This document shows, in pieces, positions 4,468 to 5,833 of a stretch of DNA of 5,833 bases. Source of the DNA: Pseudomonas phage Pf3; the sequence record NC_001418.1. One strand, given 5' to 3'. Each line of letters opens with the position of its first letter. Position 1 is the first letter of the stretch. Under the pieces are notes generated by a model. It worked only from the letters and a program-made list of their open reading frames with translations. It did no database searches and had not been told where the DNA came from. A program made the position numbers and the translations under genes.

Positions 4468-5304
4468 ATGCGTTGTTTAAAATCCTTTCGTCATGGTTTT
4501 ACCCTTGGAACCAACTGCTATGAACCTGGGGCTAAACGCCCTCGGGGTGATAGGTCTACTGTTGGTGGTTGGTCGCATGGTTCAACCAGTCGGAACATTG
4601 CTTTTTTGCGTTCGATTGATGAAGCAAAATTGACTGGTCATGCCTTGGCCTTGACGCTGACTGTTCGGGATTGTCCGGATACTTCCGATGATTGGTACAA
4701 GGTACGCCGTGCTTTTGAAATGCGTTTGCGCCGTCTTGGCTTGATCCGCATGCATTGGGTTATTGAGTGGCAACGTCGAGGGGTTCCGCACCTTCACTGC
4801 GCTGCTTTTTTTGATGACACTGCGCCTGCCTTGCTCCCTGCTGTTATTATGCGTTCCTGGTGCGACTTGGTTTCTGACTATAATGCTTCGCCTCTTTCCC
4901 AGTACGTTTTGCCTATTACTGACGCGATTGGTTGGTTTCAGTACGTCTCAAAGCATGCTGCGCGGGGTGTGAATCACTACCAGCGTTCGCCGGAAAACAT
5001 ACCGCCGCAGTGGCAGAAAAAAACGGGCCGGATGTGGGGTAAGGTCGGTGAGTGGCCGGTGGTGGAAAAGGCTGAAATTTTCATGGGTGACGCTACGTTC
5101 TATCAGCTTCGCCGTATCGTTAAGCGGTGGCGTTTTGCTGATGCTCGGGCTTCCGGTTCCATCCATCGCATTCGATCTGCAAAAAAGTACTTGCAAGTTC
5201 CCGAAACCCTGTCTAGAGTTCTAGGTGCATCTGAATGGATGCCAGAAAATGAACTTTTGTCGATACTTTATTTTTTGAAATCTCAAGGCTATGAATTCTT
5301 ATGA
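4468..5304 (+). CDS. Rolling-circle replication initiator, HUH endonuclease superfamily (278 aa)
   Basis: ATG at 4468 with AGGTGA at 4459-4464. The three RCR motifs occur in canonical order and spacing. Motif I is ALTLTV (aa 61-66). Motif II is GVPHLHCAAFF, with H108-L-H110 at nt 4789-4797. Motif III is FQYVSKH, with Y159 at nt 4942-4944. The assignment rests on these motifs and on gene position; I did not recognise overall sequence similarity. Confidence 0.8.
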   Translation: MRCLKSFRHGFTLGTNCYEPGAKRPRGDRSTVGGWSHGSTSRNIAFLRSIDEAKLTGHALALTLTVRDCPDTSDDWYKVRRAFEMRLRRLGLIRMHWVIEWQRRGVPHLHCAAFFDDTAPALLPAVIMRSWCDLVSDYNASPLSQYVLPITDAIGWFQYVSKHAARGVNHYQRSPENIPPQWQKKTGRMWGKVGEWPVVEKAEIFMGDATFYQLRRIVKRWRFADARASGSIHRIRSAKKYLQVPETLSRVLGASEWMPENELLSILYFLKSQGYEFL

Positions 5305-5516
5305 TTGTTCACAATATCTGTCATCCGCCTCGCCCTCACTGTCAGCTCAAGCTCTTATGCTTGCTCAATGCCAAAGCTGTGTCTTACTTTATGGTGGGCA
5401 CTGACGATAAAATCGAAGCTGAGGTTTGGGTTTTTGCTGATGAATCCGTTGCTGTTGCTCGCCCAGGTCAGCCTGTAAAGGCTTACCATACCATTCAATC
5501 TGTTTGCTTCCATTGA
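5301..5516 (+). CDS. Hypothetical protein ORF71, function unknown
   Basis: ATG at 5301 overlaps the Rep stop (ATGA, 5301-5304), which suggests translational coupling. The ORF exactly fills the gap between the Rep and SSB genes. Its N-terminus is rich in Cys and His (MIVHNICHPPRPHCQLKLLC). I recognise no family. Confidence 0.6.
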   Translation: MIVHNICHPPRPHCQLKLLCLLNAKAVSYFMVGTDDKIEAEVWVFADESVAVARPGQPVKAYHTIQSVCFH

Positions 5517-5526
5517 GGTGCATTTT

Positions 5527-5763
5527 ATGAACATTCAAATTACCTTTACCGATTCCGTCCGCCAGGGTACTTCCGCTAAAGGGAATCCTTACACGTTCCA
5601 AGAAGGGTTCTTGCATTTGGAAGATAAGCCCTTTCCTCTCCAGTGCCAGTTCTTTGTTGAGTCGGTCATTCCTGCCGGTTCTTATCAGGTGCCGTATCGC
5701 ATTAACGTGAACAATGGGCGTCCTGAATTGGCTTTTGATTTTAAAGCCATGAAGCGTGCGTAA
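5527..5763 (+). CDS. Single-stranded DNA-binding protein, gene V analogue (78 aa)
   Basis: ATG at 5527 sits 8 nt after GAGG (5515-5518). The ORF track's 5518 start is a GTG inside that Shine-Dalgarno sequence, so it is unlikely. The product, MNIQITFTDSVRQGTSAKGNPYTFQEGFLHLEDKPFPLQCQFFVESVIPAGSYQVPYRINVNNGRPELAFDFKAMKRA, matches the 78-residue Pf3 SSB as I recall it. Size and position downstream of rep fit gene V. Confidence 0.93.
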   Translation: MNIQITFTDSVRQGTSAKGNPYTFQEGFLHLEDKPFPLQCQFFVESVIPAGSYQVPYRINVNNGRPELAFDFKAMKRA

Positions 5764-5833
5764 TGAGTTATTATGTTTGTGTTCAGCTTGTTAATGATGT
5801 TTGTCATGAATGGGCTGAACGTTCAGATTTGCT
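5763..5833 (+). CDS. 5' part of the wrap-around ORF58, which continues at 1..106
   Basis: ATG at 5763-5765 overlaps the SSB stop TAA (5761-5763) as TAATG. It encodes MSYYVCVQLVNDVCHEWAERSDL and stays open to the last base of the window, ending with 2 nt of a codon that base 1 completes. Confidence 0.55.
   Translation, partial: MSYYVCVQLVNDVCHEWAERSDL

Larger units (their letters stand above)
1..5833 (+). mobile_element. Complete circular genome of a filamentous ssDNA phage (Inoviridae), most likely Pseudomonas phage Pf3, linearised at a HindIII (AAGCTT) site
   Basis: All credible ORFs are co-directional and tightly packed. The gene set is the inovirus core: coat, pIII-like, pVI-like, secretin, Zot/pI ATPase, HUH Rep and SSB. 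The coat and SSB protein sequences match my recollection of Pf3, and the window length equals the published Pf3 genome size. An ORF runs off the 3' end and resumes in frame at base 1, which implies a circle. Confidence 0.9.

Noticed and set aside
786-4972. Plus-strand alternative-frame ORFs nested in larger genes: 786-998, 1590-1790, 2916-3119, 3750-4013 and 4763-4972.
   Set aside because: Their Leu/Phe/Cys-rich translations are typical of frame-shifted T-rich sequence. They have no RBS, and the overlapping main frames have clear domain signatures.
5017-5023. An A7 homopolymer inside rep (CAG AAA AAA ACG) as a possible frameshift or slippage site.
   Set aside because: It is not in the X_XXY_YYZ register relative to the rep frame. 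The -1 frame terminates after about 8 codons, and no downstream structure is evident. It most likely just encodes Lys-Lys.
5304-5315. Short inverted repeats inside ORF71: ATTGT-tc-ACAAT at 5304-5315, and AGCCT-gtaa-AGGCT in ORF71 near 5470-5485.
   Set aside because: Five-bp arms are common by chance in a sequence of this length and are not conserved with anything else in the window.
377-5616. All ten minus-strand ORFs in the track: 377-601, 598-837, 995-1357, 1396-1743, 1646-1831, 2641-2853, 3428-3670, 4582-4797, 4948-5196 and 5389-5616.
   Set aside because: Each lies wholly or largely antisense to a well-supported + strand gene. Their products are low-complexity and rich in Arg, Ile, Asn, Lys and Ser, as expected from reading T-rich codons backwards. 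None has a convincing RBS, and filamentous phages transcribe only one strand.
1-5833. The idea that the window encodes a previously undescribed system, such as a defence island, toxin module or novel mobile element.
   Set aside because: Every sizeable ORF is accounted for by the canonical inovirus gene set, and two products match Pf3 proteins from memory. The only genuinely uncharacterised coding capacity is ORF71 and ORF58, about 130 codons in total. The novelty, if any, lies in the regulatory and origin elements rather than in a new system.

Overview
This window appears to be one complete, circularly permuted genome of a small filamentous ssDNA phage (Inoviridae), opened at an AAGCTT site. 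The 44-aa coat protein (MQSVITDVTGQLTAVQADITTIGGAIIVLAAVVLGIRWIKAQFF) and the 78-aa ssDNA-binding protein (MNIQITFTDSVRQG...) match what I recall of Pseudomonas aeruginosa phage Pf3. Pf3 is specific for IncP-1 plasmid pili, and its published genome length of 5,833 nt equals the window length. This identification is from memory and needs an alignment to confirm. Nine credible genes all lie on the + strand. Their order is: wrap-around ORF58, major coat (44 aa), terminator, pIII-like adsorption protein (483 aa), pVI-like protein (93 aa), secretin (430 aa), AT-rich intergenic region, Zot/pI-type assembly ATPase (301 aa), GC-rich intergenic region, HUH rolling-circle Rep (278 aa), ORF71, ssDNA-binding protein (78 aa), and back to ORF58. 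Four gene junctions overlap (ATGA twice, TAATG once, one 8-nt GTG overlap). I see no tRNA, rRNA, CRISPR array, integrase, repressor or att-like repeats, and every minus-strand ORF looks like an antisense artefact. I therefore do not think this is an undescribed system; it is a compact, long-known phage. The parts worth a second look are mostly non-coding. They are an exact 17-bp palindrome-containing element present twice, a heptamer-repeat intergenic region with two mutually exclusive perfect 10-bp hairpins, and a GC-rich intergenic region with 10-bp-phased repeats upstream of rep. Also of interest are an identical ribosome-binding region on the coat and SSB genes, the orphan ORF71 and ORF58, and a sharp compositional break at about 3377-3448.
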